IMG/VR virus record: IMGVR_UViG_3300046710_000261
Location: 32,001 to 96,000 of that record
DNA length: 64,000 bases
Source of the DNA: a virus
Lineage: Duplodnaviria; Caudoviricetes
Direction: 5' to 3' (one strand)
Shown: piece by piece, positions 10,322 to 21,758 of the stretch
Numbering within the stretch: the first letter of the stretch is position 1
How the letters are laid out: each line of letters opens with the position of its first letter
Program-made: the position numbers and the translations under genes
Notes under the pieces: model-generated
Databases searched by the model: none
Seen by the model: the letters and a program-made list of their open reading frames with translations, nothing else
What the model was told of the DNA's origin: nothing

Positions 10322-12182
10322 TGCCTTGTGGTATAACATTTTCCATAAATTCCTTTTCAAAGTTTTCATTGAAACATCTTTGTTTATAAAACAGTTGGAG
10401 CAAATAGTCAAATTGCAATTCTGTAACCATCTTGCCCTGATTTTTGTCAAGCAAAATACCTTGAAGGGTAAGAATAGTCTTCATAGCAATGAGATTATTC
10501 TCTTTGGCAGCAGCCCTCAATGCATCTCCAAGTTTCTTAAACAGGTCTGTTTCTGTTATCGGATTTTCTGCTTTCGGTTTTTCTTTCTTCTCTAAGGATT
10601 TCCGAAAGATTTTGGTAATTTTGGACAACAGCGTTTCTACAATCATCATATCCTATTCTCCATCCTAATTTAAATGCTCTCACAACAACCAAAATTATGA
10701 TCAAAAAATCAATCATATATGTTGTCATGAGAATGTTAAATGCTAAATGCTTTTGAGCATCAGGCAATTGATCTTTCAAAAAGAAATAAATGAGCAACGG
10801 TATTCCAATTATTAGTAATACCGAAATAATTTTCAATATTGTCAATATTGTCTTTATCATTTCCCCGCTTCCCATCTGTCAATGGTTCCTGAAATTCCCA
10901 TCTCGAATTTTTCAATTCCGATATAAGGAATTACACCACCGACATATTCATTGTCAGAAGTGTGGACATATGGCCGATAGAGGGTGACAAAGGTGGCATT
11001 TTTGTTTATTACAGTTGCCACACTATATGCCGCAATTCCAGTAATACGAACAACATCCTTTACTTGTAAATCCTTGACATCAACCTTTAACCACATCGTT
11101 TTTTCTCCCTTCTTATCGAAGATATTTTACAGGGGTAAGAATAAACCCCAATCTGTGTAGAGTGACAATAATCCCGATGGCAAACATGAAAAAACAAATC
11201 ATTTTTATGACAGTATTAAACCATCCCCTTTTGCTCAAAATAATGGTGAGAAATCCAAAGATGAGCACCGAAATCCCGATAAAATAATTTGTCAACGTTT
11301 CCATTTTTACCACCTTATCTGTTTCAGCCTGAAGGCTTTTGTTAGCATATATCTGATTCGATGATTTTCATCATCAACACAACCATGCTCGAAAATTTTG
11401 CCATCGACACCCCACTTTTTTCGGAGATAGATGCCCTCTTCTAATTCCACAATGGCATCAGATTGTAGGGGGCCGAATAGGGGCGCATCTTTTTCCTCTT
11501 TGATGAGAATTTTTTTGATTTGGTTTTTAGTCATTTTATTCCTTTACGATTTTTATCAATCTAAAAAATTCAATCAGTTTATCTATGGCCCTACAATACA
11601 TTCGTCCCTGATATTTCATCAACTTTCCGTTTTTGTAAATACGTTGAAAGTTATATGTCATTCTTTCTTCAAGTTTCACTTTAAGAGGGACTAATCCTTC
11701 CTCAATTTTTGTTACTATGTAATACCCCTTTTTAAATTGGGGGACACCAGGACTTTTCAAAAAATCAGTCGTATTGTATATGATAGAACCTTCTTTTAAT
11801 CTGAACATTTTACTTTCCGAATTTTCTACCCTTTAGGGTGTAATACATTGATCTTGACAGATCGGTAAAATTCCACGTTTTGCAGGTCACTTCATAACCT
11901 TGTTTCCGTAAATCCCGCGCTCTGCGATTGCGAATTTTCATCGCATCGGGGCCATACTTCGTATCGGAATATCCTTCTTCGATGTACTTCATTATTTCCC
12001 TTCTCCCTTCAAAACGTCAAGAGCCTTTGTTCCCGTCAGCCAATTAAATTCTTTGCGCATCCAATAATTTTTGATCAGTTCCATCGCCTCTTTGACTGTC
12101 GGATATGGGTCTCTCTCTTTCGGTAGAGGCCCATATTTGATATTTCGGGCAAGGTTGAGAGCATCCTTGGCGGTGTATTCCA

Positions 12183-12419
12183 TTATTTTATTCTCCGGGC
12201 ATTCCGCTTGATCTCTGCCACATAAACATCACCCATTTCACCATCAGGGCAAATCGGAGTGACTACATCACAAAACCACCGAGCATACTCATTTTTCGCC
12301 TCTGCCTCTGGCGATTGATATTTCTTCAAAACATTCCAAGTCCAAGAATCACCAAAAGACTGCCATACTTCATATGGTTCATTTCTCTTTCGGGTTTTCG
12401 CACATTCGTTTTTCGCCAT
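12183..12419 (-). CDS. conserved phage hypothetical protein (DUF2958-like)
   Basis: WTWxV...WFCxV...EMGDVY pattern. Confidence 0.5.
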   Translation of the reverse strand: MAKNECAKTRKRNEPYEVWQSFGDSWTWNVLKKYQSPEAEAKNEYARWFCDVVTPICPDGEMGDVYVAEIKRNARRIK

Positions 12420-13001
12420 TTTATTTCCTTTCTTATAAAATCTGTTGTTTCAGATTTTCGGTGAAAAGTGATCTGATAGCATACAATTCACCATCCCCAT
12501 CATGAGAAACATCATTGATCAATGAATGCAATTCAGAAATTTCTCTATTCCAATGATCAATGATAAACTTTAAATCTGGAAGTCTTTTCTCCAGCATATT
12601 CGCGGTTGCTTCGCCCTTCAACCATCCAGCATTATGCTCACGGATGAATTTCATGTCAACTCGCTTTTCGGGGTTTCGGGAAACGTAACCAAGGAATAAA
12701 TCAACCTTGTTGTCATAAGGAATATCTTTTCCCCAAACCGAAAGATGAAGCATTCCATAACGATCTTCGAAATAAACGATATACCCGTCTTTCTCTCCCG
12801 CATTTATCATGATCTTGATAACATCGGTAATTCTCTTTCCTAATTTCTTCCCCTCTTTTTGCTCAAGAATTTCAAACAGGGCAGAAACAATTCGATGATT
12901 TCTCCGTAAACGGATGAGTTCATCCTTGATCTTTTGAGTGACTACCTTGAAATCCAATTTGATTTGATCCATTTTTTTTCCTTCCCTTATTTTCTGATTA
13001 T

Positions 13002-13030
13002 ATTATACCAAAAAATCGGCAAAGTGTCAA
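13002..13030 (-). promoter_or_regulatory. sigma70 promoter
   Basis: TTGACA-17-TATAAT with TG extension. Confidence 0.8.
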
Positions 13031-13856
13031 GAGAAAAATGCATTACATTTGTTGAGTAAATTCAACGAGTTTGCCAGCAGAAAAGATGTAATTGACAGGA
13101 TCATCGGAGGGAACTACCCTAAATTCCTTTGCTCCAAACCACCGAGAAAGTAAATCATTGCCATAGTCTTTGCCCTCTTGATCTGTTCCAAAACGCAGAG
13201 CATTGGCCACAAATTTCGTTTCCCCTACCGCCAAAATTTCGACTTTGAAAGACATTTTTTTCTCCTTTTTTTGTTCGGGTTCATAACCACAATTTAAGCA
13301 TCGGCCACCAAAAGTCATATGTCTTGCTTCGCAGGGTGTTATATGGGATTTCTTCACTTGTTTGTCCATATGCTGTTTATGCGTCATTTTTTTTCTCCTA
13401 TGCGGTCAAAATGTCCGATTAAATGTCCGTATAATCGAAAACAACAACCCATTTTCGATTTTTTGTGGTAAACATGAGAGGCACAAGAATGATAACACCA
13501 TCTTTTCGCTTTTTGAAATCAACGGCGTTCCTAACATCGGAGAAATATTTCCAGGCAAGGCGATTTTTGGGAATTTTCTTTCCCTTGTCTCCTGTCATTC
13601 TGGAAAGGGAAAGTTCGAATCTGGTCATTTTTTTCATGTTAATTAGCAAGAATAATGGAAAGGGTTTTTTGCGCCTTTGAGATCTTTTTTTCTACCGGCA
13701 CCATGATGGTTTTTCCTGTCCAAAACTTAAATCCACCACAAGAGCAATGTAAACCCGGGGCATGATCAACATTTCTACAAGTGAAACAAAGGTAAGTCTT
13801 ATACTCTCTCATTTTTTCCATCGTTTTTTCCTTTCCTTTCCTCATTTTCTGATTAT

Positions 13857-13917
13857 ATTATAACATTTTCTTATAAGATTGTCAAGAAAAATGTTTTTCA
13901 ATGAAATCAGGGGGTTA
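13857..13917 (-). promoter_or_regulatory. sigma70 promoter with IHF-like box
   Basis: TTGACA(13880-13885)-17-TATAAT; AATCAGGGGGTTA at 13905-13917, 19 nt from -35. Confidence 0.8.
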
Positions 13918-14248
13918 TGGGGGGTTTCGATGGTCGTTTTTCCTTCATCATACCAATTTATCGTATAATTTCCCGTAAATGTCTATGAGAAGACTATCCC
14001 ATGCACAATAATAATGCATTGGAAGGACTTTTTTCAGGGCTGGAATATATTCACACCGATTTCCATCTTTTTCTTTGATGGTTTTATTACAAATACCGCA
14101 AATTATCTTCCCCTTGTCAATACATTTACTGGAAAGAATGAAATGTTGCGTTTTTCGGCATCGAGAAAAGCCTTTTTTTGCCTCTTGAATACTATCCGCA
14201 ACGTGATAAGCGCATGCACCATTTTCCCAGGGCTTTCTAAACATTATT

Positions 14249-14737
14249 TTATCCTTTCAGTCTCATGAAAACTTCATCCAAGGGCAGAGGGCAATTTTTA
14301 ATCCATTTAATATCAGATTTTACAATCCATTTCGATAAATCAATTCCTTCAATATCAATCCCTTCAAAAATATTTAGTCTCAGGCTCTTATTTTGCGTTT
14401 CCATCTTCAAATTCAGCTTTTTGAAAGTCTCAACATCTTTTTGTTCATGAAGGGTAAGACAAATCCCATTAATATCATTCAAAACACTCAAAAAATCGGC
14501 TGTATTATCTGTTTTTGCTGTATATAAATAAATTTTAGTGTTTGTCTGGTTTCTAATCTGCCTGACGGTCTGTTTGACAAATTCGGGTCTCAATAAAGGC
14601 TCCCCTCCAGTCAACATAATTTCCGTATATCCAGAAAAATTGTCTGTCTCTGGTAATTCCTTGAGGTTCCAATCTTTATTACAACACCCCACACAATTCC
14701 TATTACAATTTTCAAATAAAAGAAGACGAAGTTTCAT
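14249..14737 (-). CDS. small radical SAM protein
   Basis: CNRNCVGC (CX3CX2C) and LTGGEP motifs. Confidence 0.85.
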   Translation of the reverse strand: MKLRLLLFENCNRNCVGCCNKDWNLKELPETDNFSGYTEIMLTGGEPLLRPEFVKQTVRQIRNQTNTKIYLYTAKTDNTADFLSVLNDINGICLTLHEQKDVETFKKLNLKMETQNKSLRLNIFEGIDIEGIDLSKWIVKSDIKWIKNCPLPLDEVFMRLKG

Positions 14738-15773
14738 ATTTTTTCGATAAAGTCCTTTCCGTCAAATTCAAATTTGCGGAATGCCTTTGATTGTTCGAAA
14801 AGTTCGGGTTCTACACCGTCAATATCCCAGGTTTTTTGTTTATCCCATCCATATCTTTTTCTTTTATATCCACCCAAAGTTCTAATCAATCTTCTCATTG
14901 CTGGCACTATGTCTTTATGCCACAGCATACCCTGTGTTTTATTTACCTTCATAAATAATGTTGGGATTTTCTCACCAAATAAAATAAAGGTCAATAATTC
15001 AGGTTTTCTCATTTTATTCCTTTCCTTATTTCTGTCTTGGAATTTTGACGGTCAAATTATATTGATAATCGGGTGAACCGTCTTCGGAAATAATGTTTCC
15101 CATTTTTTTTATTCGTGTCAGGGAAAGTCTGGGGTGAATTATAGCAAGATTTTCATTGATACTCTTGAGATTATCTTCCATATTACCAGAATGAGAAACG
15201 TCAATCAGGATATACTCATTTTTCGGCCTGATAGCAATGAAAGTCAGGCCAATGCTCCACATGAAAAGGTCGTTTCCCGCGATTTTTTTTGTCGGTCTCT
15301 GTAAAAGAAAAAGCAGGTCTTTATTGGTTGTCTTTTTCATTTCTTTACCTTTTCCTTTCGATTTTCTTGATTTGATTTTTTTTATCTATAATTTGTTTTT
15401 CTAATTGCCAAATTTGACCTTGGATTTCCATGATCTTTTGGTGTTTAGGCAATCTTGCTAATGCTTTTTGCTTTCTCTCAAAATCTTCCGCATCTGACCA
15501 TGATGCTCTACCTTCTGCTTCGGGTGTAAACATTGTTTTTTCTCTCACTTTCCTTTAAACACCATATTTTTGATAAACTTCTCGCTTCAAATTTTTGGCC
15601 AATGTATATTTTCTGATGTATTCAGAAGGGGTGCCGATGAAAGTATTATGGGGATTGTATTTCAAAGTCATAGAAACCGCAATATATAATTCCCGTAACT
15701 GTTTGATTGCTTCTTTTCTGGCTATCGTTTTCACTATCGTATGAATACTCATTTTTCCTCACTTTCTACAATA

Positions 15774-15834
15774 ATTATAACAATTTTGAAGGGTTTTGTC
15801 AAGAAAAATCTTTCAGAATGAAATCAAGGGGTTT
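15774..15834 (-). promoter_or_regulatory. sigma70 promoter with IHF-like box
   Basis: TTGACA(15797-15802)-17-TATAAT; AATCAAGGGGTTT at 15822-15834, 19 nt from -35. Confidence 0.8.
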
Positions 15835-16537
15835 CAGTAAGGGATAAAAAGGGTAAACGGGGATAAAGTAGGGATTTTTTGTATCCAATGTAGACGGGAA
15901 GATAGCGAATACCAATACCTTCGATAAAAGTCATAAGGTGGGCAGCATTATGAGGGTCAGTTTCTCTTTTTCCCTCAAAATCTTTGTTATGATGGCAATG
16001 GGTTTTTCCGAATTTAACTTGATCTGTCCAAAAATATCGTGAATTGTAAAGGTCAACTCCAAAGAGAATCACTTTTTCGTATTTCATCTGATACCACAAC
16101 TCAAAAAGCATTGTGAATGAAATTCCACCCACACAAGTCAAAATATTTTGATCTTTTTGCTCTGGCATCTTGTAATTTGGAACTGGTATTCTGGCATCAC
16201 CCAATTTTATCATTTTATACATGTAAATATCAAAGGCATCGGGACCAATCAGATCAACAATCTCCTGTGAGTGACAAATGAATTTTACATTTCTGTATTT
16301 GTCGGCTCTCTCTAAATGCCGATGTCTCCATATTACTCTATCACGGTTTTTGACTTCCACATGATAGAAGTTTGGGATGAAAGAATGATAATGGAAATTG
16401 TTTGATGTCCAAACATCAAATTTTTTCATCTTACTCCACTCTTCAGTGGTTATATCATTTATACTTTCACCACAACCAAGGAAAATAGCGGTATCAGACT
16501 TTTTTTCTTTGAATATGTCTTGTAATTTGTATATCAT
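15824..16537 (-). CDS. putative sialyl/nonulosonate transferase (GT42/Maf-DUF115-like fold)
   Basis: AIFLGCGESI, xNNF and KVILFGVDLY motifs resemble CstII/Maf GNGPS...IYLxGIDF; ATGA-coupled to neuA; start refined to 16537. Confidence 0.6.
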   Translation of the reverse strand: MIYKLQDIFKEKKSDTAIFLGCGESINDITTEEWSKMKKFDVWTSNNFHYHSFIPNFYHVEVKNRDRVIWRHRHLERADKYRNVKFICHSQEIVDLIGPDAFDIYMYKMIKLGDARIPVPNYKMPEQKDQNILTCVGGISFTMLFELWYQMKYEKVILFGVDLYNSRYFWTDQVKFGKTHCHHNKDFEGKRETDPHNAAHLMTFIEGIGIRYLPVYIGYKKSLLYPRLPFLSLTETP

Positions 16538-17196
16538 TGTAATAATTTTTCGATCATTCGGGCATCTTCGCGTGTATCGACCTGAAAACTCTCCCAATAT
16601 GAAACAATATGATACAACGGCTTCTTTCCTATTCGGCATTTTGACTTCATAAATTGTTTTCTGGTGGTAATGAAGAATGCTCCCGTTTCAATACAATATC
16701 CGCTTGCTCTATTCTGTCTTCGCCCTCTATTTTGAGGGTCATAATTTACCGGTTTGTCTTTATGGAAATCCCATATCAAAATATCGTCTGTTGGCAGAAC
16801 GCTGAAACAACAATCAAATCCAACAGGACGGGTTGTAAATTCATAAATGGCATCATCCAAATCCTTGACATTCAATAGGGGGGAAGTTGCCTGTAAAAGA
16901 ACAATTATGTCATAATATATGATAGAAGAAAAATGCTCCATAACGCTTTCAGTAGTTGAATCATCCTTTGCCAATTGATCAGGTCTGATAATTATATTTG
17001 CTCCTTTATTTCTACAAAAATCATCTATCGCCTGATTATCTGTGCTGACATATGTATTTTCTCTGCCAATATATTTACTATTGAAAGATACATCGAGCAT
17101 ATATTCAATAAGCGGTTTACCATTTATTGGATAGAGATTTTTCTTGGGGATGCCTTTGCTTCCCCCTCGCGCGGGTATGAGAGAAACTATTTTCAT
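16534..17196 (-). CDS. neuA: acylneuraminate cytidylyltransferase (CMP-sialic acid synthetase)
   Basis: IPARGGSKGIPKKN, VSTD, RPDQLAKD, LQATSP and ETGAFF motifs. Confidence 0.92.
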   Translation of the reverse strand: MKIVSLIPARGGSKGIPKKNLYPINGKPLIEYMLDVSFNSKYIGRENTYVSTDNQAIDDFCRNKGANIIIRPDQLAKDDSTTESVMEHFSSIIYYDIIVLLQATSPLLNVKDLDDAIYEFTTRPVGFDCCFSVLPTDDILIWDFHKDKPVNYDPQNRGRRQNRASGYCIETGAFFITTRKQFMKSKCRIGKKPLYHIVSYWESFQVDTREDARMIEKLLQ

Positions 17197-17292
17197 TTAT
17201 TTTTTCTCCTCAAAAATCTGATAAAATCCAAAATCAACCATTTTATATGATAACTTATTCTTTGCTGTTCTTTCCAAGAGTCATATTTTGTT

Positions 17293-17754
17293 TTACTCAT
17301 TTTCTTCTCTTTTATAAATGATTTCCGAGTTAGATGGTTTGAAATCGTCTATATTTCTTTCTTTTTCTTTACAAATTATATGGAAATTAATTAGGAAATC
17401 CTGAAATAAAGGAAAGGTGTTCCATTCTATATTATAAATTTTTTCGCGGATTTCATAGTTGTTTTTATCAATCACGGACCATATATCTATTTCTGTTCCA
17501 AGTTTCCTTTCCCCTCCAGTCAAGGCTAAAACAAATTTTATTTCAGGTATTTTTTTTACTCTTTCAGAAATGAAATTATATAATTTTGTCTTATCATCAT
17601 TTTCTTCTTCATCCTCGACGGGACCATATGAATCAGCATCATGTTTTGCCAACGCATCAAGATATGCTTCTTCTGATTTACTCAATTTTCGATGTTCTAA
17701 TTTATATAAGATAATGTCTATCCATTGTTTCGGATTCCACCATTTATCTTTCAT
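17293..17754 (-). CDS. hypothetical protein
   Basis: ORF in operon; C-terminal half loosely resembles a degenerate minimal nucleotidyltransferase fold. Confidence 0.55.
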   Translation of the reverse strand: MKDKWWNPKQWIDIILYKLEHRKLSKSEEAYLDALAKHDADSYGPVEDEEENDDKTKLYNFISERVKKIPEIKFVLALTGGERKLGTEIDIWSVIDKNNYEIREKIYNIEWNTFPLFQDFLINFHIICKEKERNIDDFKPSNSEIIYKREENE

Positions 17755-18506
17755 TCATCATCCTTCCTGAAATATTCTTTTACCGTTTCAACCAATTCAG
17801 TTATATGCGTTCCGAATATAGGTTCGTATCCCCGTTTTATGTCATTCAATTTTTTTTCGTATTTTTTGAAGCGAATATCTTTTGTTCCCAGTTCGGATTT
17901 ATGCGCACTCCAAATTATCGAAGTGCTATTCTCATGGTGATCCATATATGATCTGTCAAGTTGTAGCCATCTCAATTTTTTTGGTATATATTTCGCATGT
18001 AACTCTGCCAGTTTTGGTTGATCTTTATTAAAGAAGTATTTTCCATCCAGTAGATAAATTTCCCAATCTCGCAAGAAATCTATTGCCAGCGTTGTTGGAT
18101 TTGCTATTATAATACCACCAGCAATCTTTAATGGATTTATTAGTAAACCACCAAGATCATTTTTCATCATTCTATGCTGTAATTCATCGGGTATCGGCTT
18201 TATTAGCATCATGTCTGCATCCAATAAGACATGCAGTTGATATGTATTCATAACAATAGAGTTCAAAAGAAACGATGCTTTATGCGCTATTATCTGCCAG
18301 GACATTTCAGCCCCTTTTATTGGTTCAATTGTGTTTCGTAAGACTGATATTTTATTTGGATAGTTGTAGAATTTTTCCAGTTTATTTACTGGCAAATTTA
18401 TAGCATATGCGTTTATAAAGGCATCATTATGATTGAGAAGAATTGACTCTGATAGCAATTCTGCCCATTTCAAATAAGGTTCATTGAAATATATAGTAAA
18501 TATCAT
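17751..18506 (-). CDS. GT-A nucleotide-diphospho-sugar transferase (GT8/GT77-like)
   Basis: LLDADM DxD motif, AGGII, DQ motif. Confidence 0.7.
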   Translation of the reverse strand: MIFTIYFNEPYLKWAELLSESILLNHNDAFINAYAINLPVNKLEKFYNYPNKISVLRNTIEPIKGAEMSWQIIAHKASFLLNSIVMNTYQLHVLLDADMMLIKPIPDELQHRMMKNDLGGLLINPLKIAGGIIIANPTTLAIDFLRDWEIYLLDGKYFFNKDQPKLAELHAKYIPKKLRWLQLDRSYMDHHENSTSIIWSAHKSELGTKDIRFKKYEKKLNDIKRGYEPIFGTHITELVETVKEYFRKDDE

Positions 18507-19444
18507 GTTATCACTTCCTTGAAAAAATTCAAATACTCATTTGCCATATGTCTTGCTGTCAAAAATTCTGGTAGTTTTACTCTTCGTCTATCCTTATATA
18601 TTATGTCCATTGCTTGCAAAATATTCGTCCGATTTTCTTCTGATAATTTATTATAATCGTCAGTATAATAAGGAGCGGGAGAAATATTATCATAACTTCC
18701 ATCCCCAGAGCAAACAATACATCCTTCTGTCTCTTCTGCCATATCGGTAGCTCCCCCACAAGCATTTGTGGTGATAACAGGAATACCAGCACCAATCGCC
18801 TCAACGACAGTATTTGGGCAAGAATCTTTTTTGGATAGATGCAACGATAAATTTGCTTTCCTGAATATAAGAGCCATTTGATCATAGTACACATACTTAT
18901 AATAACATATTTTGGGGTGGTTGTAAATGGCATTTGTTTCCAGATTTCCCAGGATATGTAAAAAAGCATTGTGTGACTTGAGAAATTCAAGAAACAATTC
19001 TATTATCTCTTTCAGTCTTTTATGTCTTCGCCATATAGAAGAAACCACGATATGGAATGTATTTTTATCGGGTGTATGCTCTCCTGCCCATCCATCATCA
19101 ATTCCGTTGTATATCACTTTTGTTTTAGCATTATGTTTTCTTCCTTCCATATATGAAGGAACCATAATGCTTGAAAATTCTGATTGATAAATTATTCCAT
19201 CGGCTATGGTATGCGCTCTGCTTATTGGGGCATTCCAGGAATTATAATTTGTTTCGGTATTATAATAAATCCCATCCACACGGATAATCTTTGGTAGAGA
19301 AGAATTTCGATGAAACAGAACATATGATAAATGAATATCCGCACTACTTATTTCATTGACAATATCACAATCATTTTGTTTCCAATAAGGCAACATTCTC
19401 CTGGTTACTATGTGGTCGCGACCATTGTCGAGATAAATTTTCAT
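18503..19444 (-). CDS. GT4-family glycosyltransferase
   Basis: IYNG, RRHKR and DSCPNTVVEAIGAGIPVITT (EX7E-like) motifs. Confidence 0.88.
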   Translation of the reverse strand: MKIYLDNGRDHIVTRRMLPYWKQNDCDIVNEISSADIHLSYVLFHRNSSLPKIIRVDGIYYNTETNYNSWNAPISRAHTIADGIIYQSEFSSIMVPSYMEGRKHNAKTKVIYNGIDDGWAGEHTPDKNTFHIVVSSIWRRHKRLKEIIELFLEFLKSHNAFLHILGNLETNAIYNHPKICYYKYVYYDQMALIFRKANLSLHLSKKDSCPNTVVEAIGAGIPVITTNACGGATDMAEETEGCIVCSGDGSYDNISPAPYYTDDYNKLSEENRTNILQAMDIIYKDRRRVKLPEFLTARHMANEYLNFFKEVIT

Positions 19445-20184
19445 CGTTTCAGTCTTCTATATTTGGGTTTGTTATTGAAATATTTGAGTATATCTTCCTG
19501 TTCCCTTCTATGTGTTTTTTCTACTTGTAAAGGGTTTGTATCATTATAGCAATAAAGGACTTTATCTATGTATTGTATTTTGTTCGGGCTTGACATTTCT
19601 AGCATAGGGTAAAGAAGTGCCCTATCATAACTATATTTTGCATATTGGCCATCAGGCCCTTTCAAGTCATTCTTGTCTAAGGCATTCCACAAGAATGCTT
19701 TGAATGTTCGCAAATGGGTGAAAGACCATGTGTGGTTTCTGTAATTTTTGAATAGATAATCATCTTCTGTATATTTCGGTATCCAACTTGACATTGTTCC
19801 ATTTGACATATATAAAAATAATGAACTTGTCATCCAACAGTCTGTCTTTTTATAAACATCATAGACTACATTCAATACATTGTTTGCATAAAGCCAATCA
19901 TCAGCATCAAGCAGAACAATTATATCTTCTTCGCTCTGTATCCATGGGTCTAAATATTTTAGGGCATTGGGTATCCATTTTATATTTTTTTCATTTTGGA
20001 ATACTGCCCGTTGTGGGCCAAGATGTATGGCGGCTTGTATGAATGTATCATCAGTTGAGGCATCATCCACAATTATATGTTGCCAATTCTTGTATGCTTG
20101 AGCATCCACACTTTTTATGTGGGTTGGAATATATTTCTCACAATTATAACCACAAGAGAATATCACAAAATGCAAATCTTCCAT
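19441..20184 (-). CDS. GT2-family glycosyltransferase
   Basis: YNCEKYI..SV..Q, IIVDDASTD and LDADDW motifs. Confidence 0.9.
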   Translation of the reverse strand: MEDLHFVIFSCGYNCEKYIPTHIKSVDAQAYKNWQHIIVDDASTDDTFIQAAIHLGPQRAVFQNEKNIKWIPNALKYLDPWIQSEEDIIVLLDADDWLYANNVLNVVYDVYKKTDCWMTSSLFLYMSNGTMSSWIPKYTEDDYLFKNYRNHTWSFTHLRTFKAFLWNALDKNDLKGPDGQYAKYSYDRALLYPMLEMSSPNKIQYIDKVLYCYNDTNPLQVEKTHRREQEDILKYFNNKPKYRRLKR

Positions 20185-20193
20185 ATGTCACCT

Positions 20194-20436
20194 CTAAAAT
20201 ATTCTTTTTGGATATTTTTTCTTTACTTCTCGGTAGCGTTGTGTTTCGCTATATCCTTCTGCCCTCCAGGATACTTTATCTTTTCGCGGGTCATATTTCA
20301 ATACAAAATTGAAGGTGCCTGGAAAACATTTTTCCATTTTCTTATTACATTTAGGACATACAACAACATCATCATCTTTATGAACAATACGTTCAAGCAT
20401 CATATTACATTTTTTACAATTGAAATCAAATAACAT
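20194..20436 (-). CDS. FmdB-family zinc-ribbon protein
   Basis: FDFNCKKC...CPKC pattern. Confidence 0.8.
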   Translation of the reverse strand: MLFDFNCKKCNMMLERIVHKDDDVVVCPKCNKKMEKCFPGTFNFVLKYDPRKDKVSWRAEGYSETQRYREVKKKYPKRIF

Positions 20437-21274
20437 TTAACGACCTCCCAAAAAATTCTATCATTTTTACTATTGTTTCTGGCTTTGTTTGCTTGTCTGC
20501 TGGATACGCAATACATTTATTATTAAAATTATATATTCCATCTTCTTTATATAAACCAATCGGTCTTCCCCAAGTGAATAGAGGCTTTCTTTGAAGATTG
20601 GCTATTACTGACCAATGACCTGTGGGGCATATGACCATTCGAGCATTATCAATGATTGATATGATGTATTTATACCCATTCTCAAAATAATCCGCGCACC
20701 GCAAGACAACATTTTCTTGATTGAGATATGTTTTCATGTCTCCAACCACGATAAGATCATTCTTATATATATTCGACAATTGCTGATAGATTTCATCTAT
20801 CTTCAATAAATCTTCTTTTATATCGGGAATGAACACAATCTTATTTTTGTAGATTTCTTTTATTTTTATATCTTCCGGCACAACCATTTTTTCAAAGAGT
20901 TTGTTATGGATAGGATAATTATTGTTTGTATTTTTGGTGTAGTTTAGAGAGAAGATTTCGACTTTTCTTTTTCGTGTTTGCTGTATTCTTTCTTTGAACC
21001 GCCTGATCAAAAGACCATAATCTTTGTTATTCAGGCCATCGAAAATATACCCTTCCTGGGACAATTCATTTCTACTAAATTCTCCAAAGATGGGAAATAT
21101 ATTTTCTTTAGGAACCCATTGATATAAGAATGTCCTGTTTGAATGAGTAGAGACATAAACTTCTTTATGTTGTATTACAGATGAAATCCATCTGGCCCAT
21201 GGGCGGAAGGTTATTGTCTCCTGTTCAAAATTTCCTACATACGGTCCCAACAAAAGTGTTGTATCATCTAACAT
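20426..21274 (-). CDS. putative GT-B (GT9-like) glycosyltransferase
   Basis: LLGPYVGNF N-terminus; C-terminal IDNARMVICPTGHWSVIANL..KPLFTW GT9-like segment. Confidence 0.5.
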   Translation of the reverse strand: MLDDTTLLLGPYVGNFEQETITFRPWARWISSVIQHKEVYVSTHSNRTFLYQWVPKENIFPIFGEFSRNELSQEGYIFDGLNNKDYGLLIRRFKERIQQTRKRKVEIFSLNYTKNTNNNYPIHNKLFEKMVVPEDIKIKEIYKNKIVFIPDIKEDLLKIDEIYQQLSNIYKNDLIVVGDMKTYLNQENVVLRCADYFENGYKYIISIIDNARMVICPTGHWSVIANLQRKPLFTWGRPIGLYKEDGIYNFNNKCIAYPADKQTKPETIVKMIEFFGRSLNVI

Positions 21275-21276
21275 TT

Positions 21277-21744
21277 TTAATTGTCACTAATTATTACATT
21301 GCCTGACCATTCTTCAAAAACAGGCTGAAATGCTTTAAATTGATCAGTGCTTAATTCAATAACTTCAACATTTCTCAATAAATCTTTTAAAATATTGGGG
21401 GAGCAGAAAAGATATTCTTTGTCGAGTACATCCAAATTGTTAAAATTTAGCAATACTTTGTTGTTCTTTCGCATGAAAGAAATCAGCATATCTCCTGGTT
21501 TATTGCAGATATAATACTTTTTTGTTGTGGTTTTCAATAAGTTATTATACACTCTTATATTATCACAAACAACAAATCTGTTTGTTTTGTCCCATGTATT
21601 CATCACATTTGCTATTTTTTCTTGAGTAGGGTTTTGAAAATTTAATTGAATTAAATGAACTCTTGGAATGCTTTTTAATGCTGTATCGTTTATGTTCTCT
21701 TCATTGATAGAAATATAATCTGTACCTTTTTGTGTTATTTTCAT
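21277..21744 (-). CDS. hypothetical protein
   Basis: ORF with GAGG SD between primase and the GT cluster. Confidence 0.6.
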   Translation of the reverse strand: MKITQKGTDYISINEENINDTALKSIPRVHLIQLNFQNPTQEKIANVMNTWDKTNRFVVCDNIRVYNNLLKTTTKKYYICNKPGDMLISFMRKNNKVLLNFNNLDVLDKEYLFCSPNILKDLLRNVEVIELSTDQFKAFQPVFEEWSGNVIISDN

Positions 21745-21758
21745 TGTATTACCTCACA

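Noticed and set aside
14249-14737. NrdG (class III RNR activase) call
   Set aside because: Only generic radical SAM motifs; no nrdD in the window and the RNR present is class II
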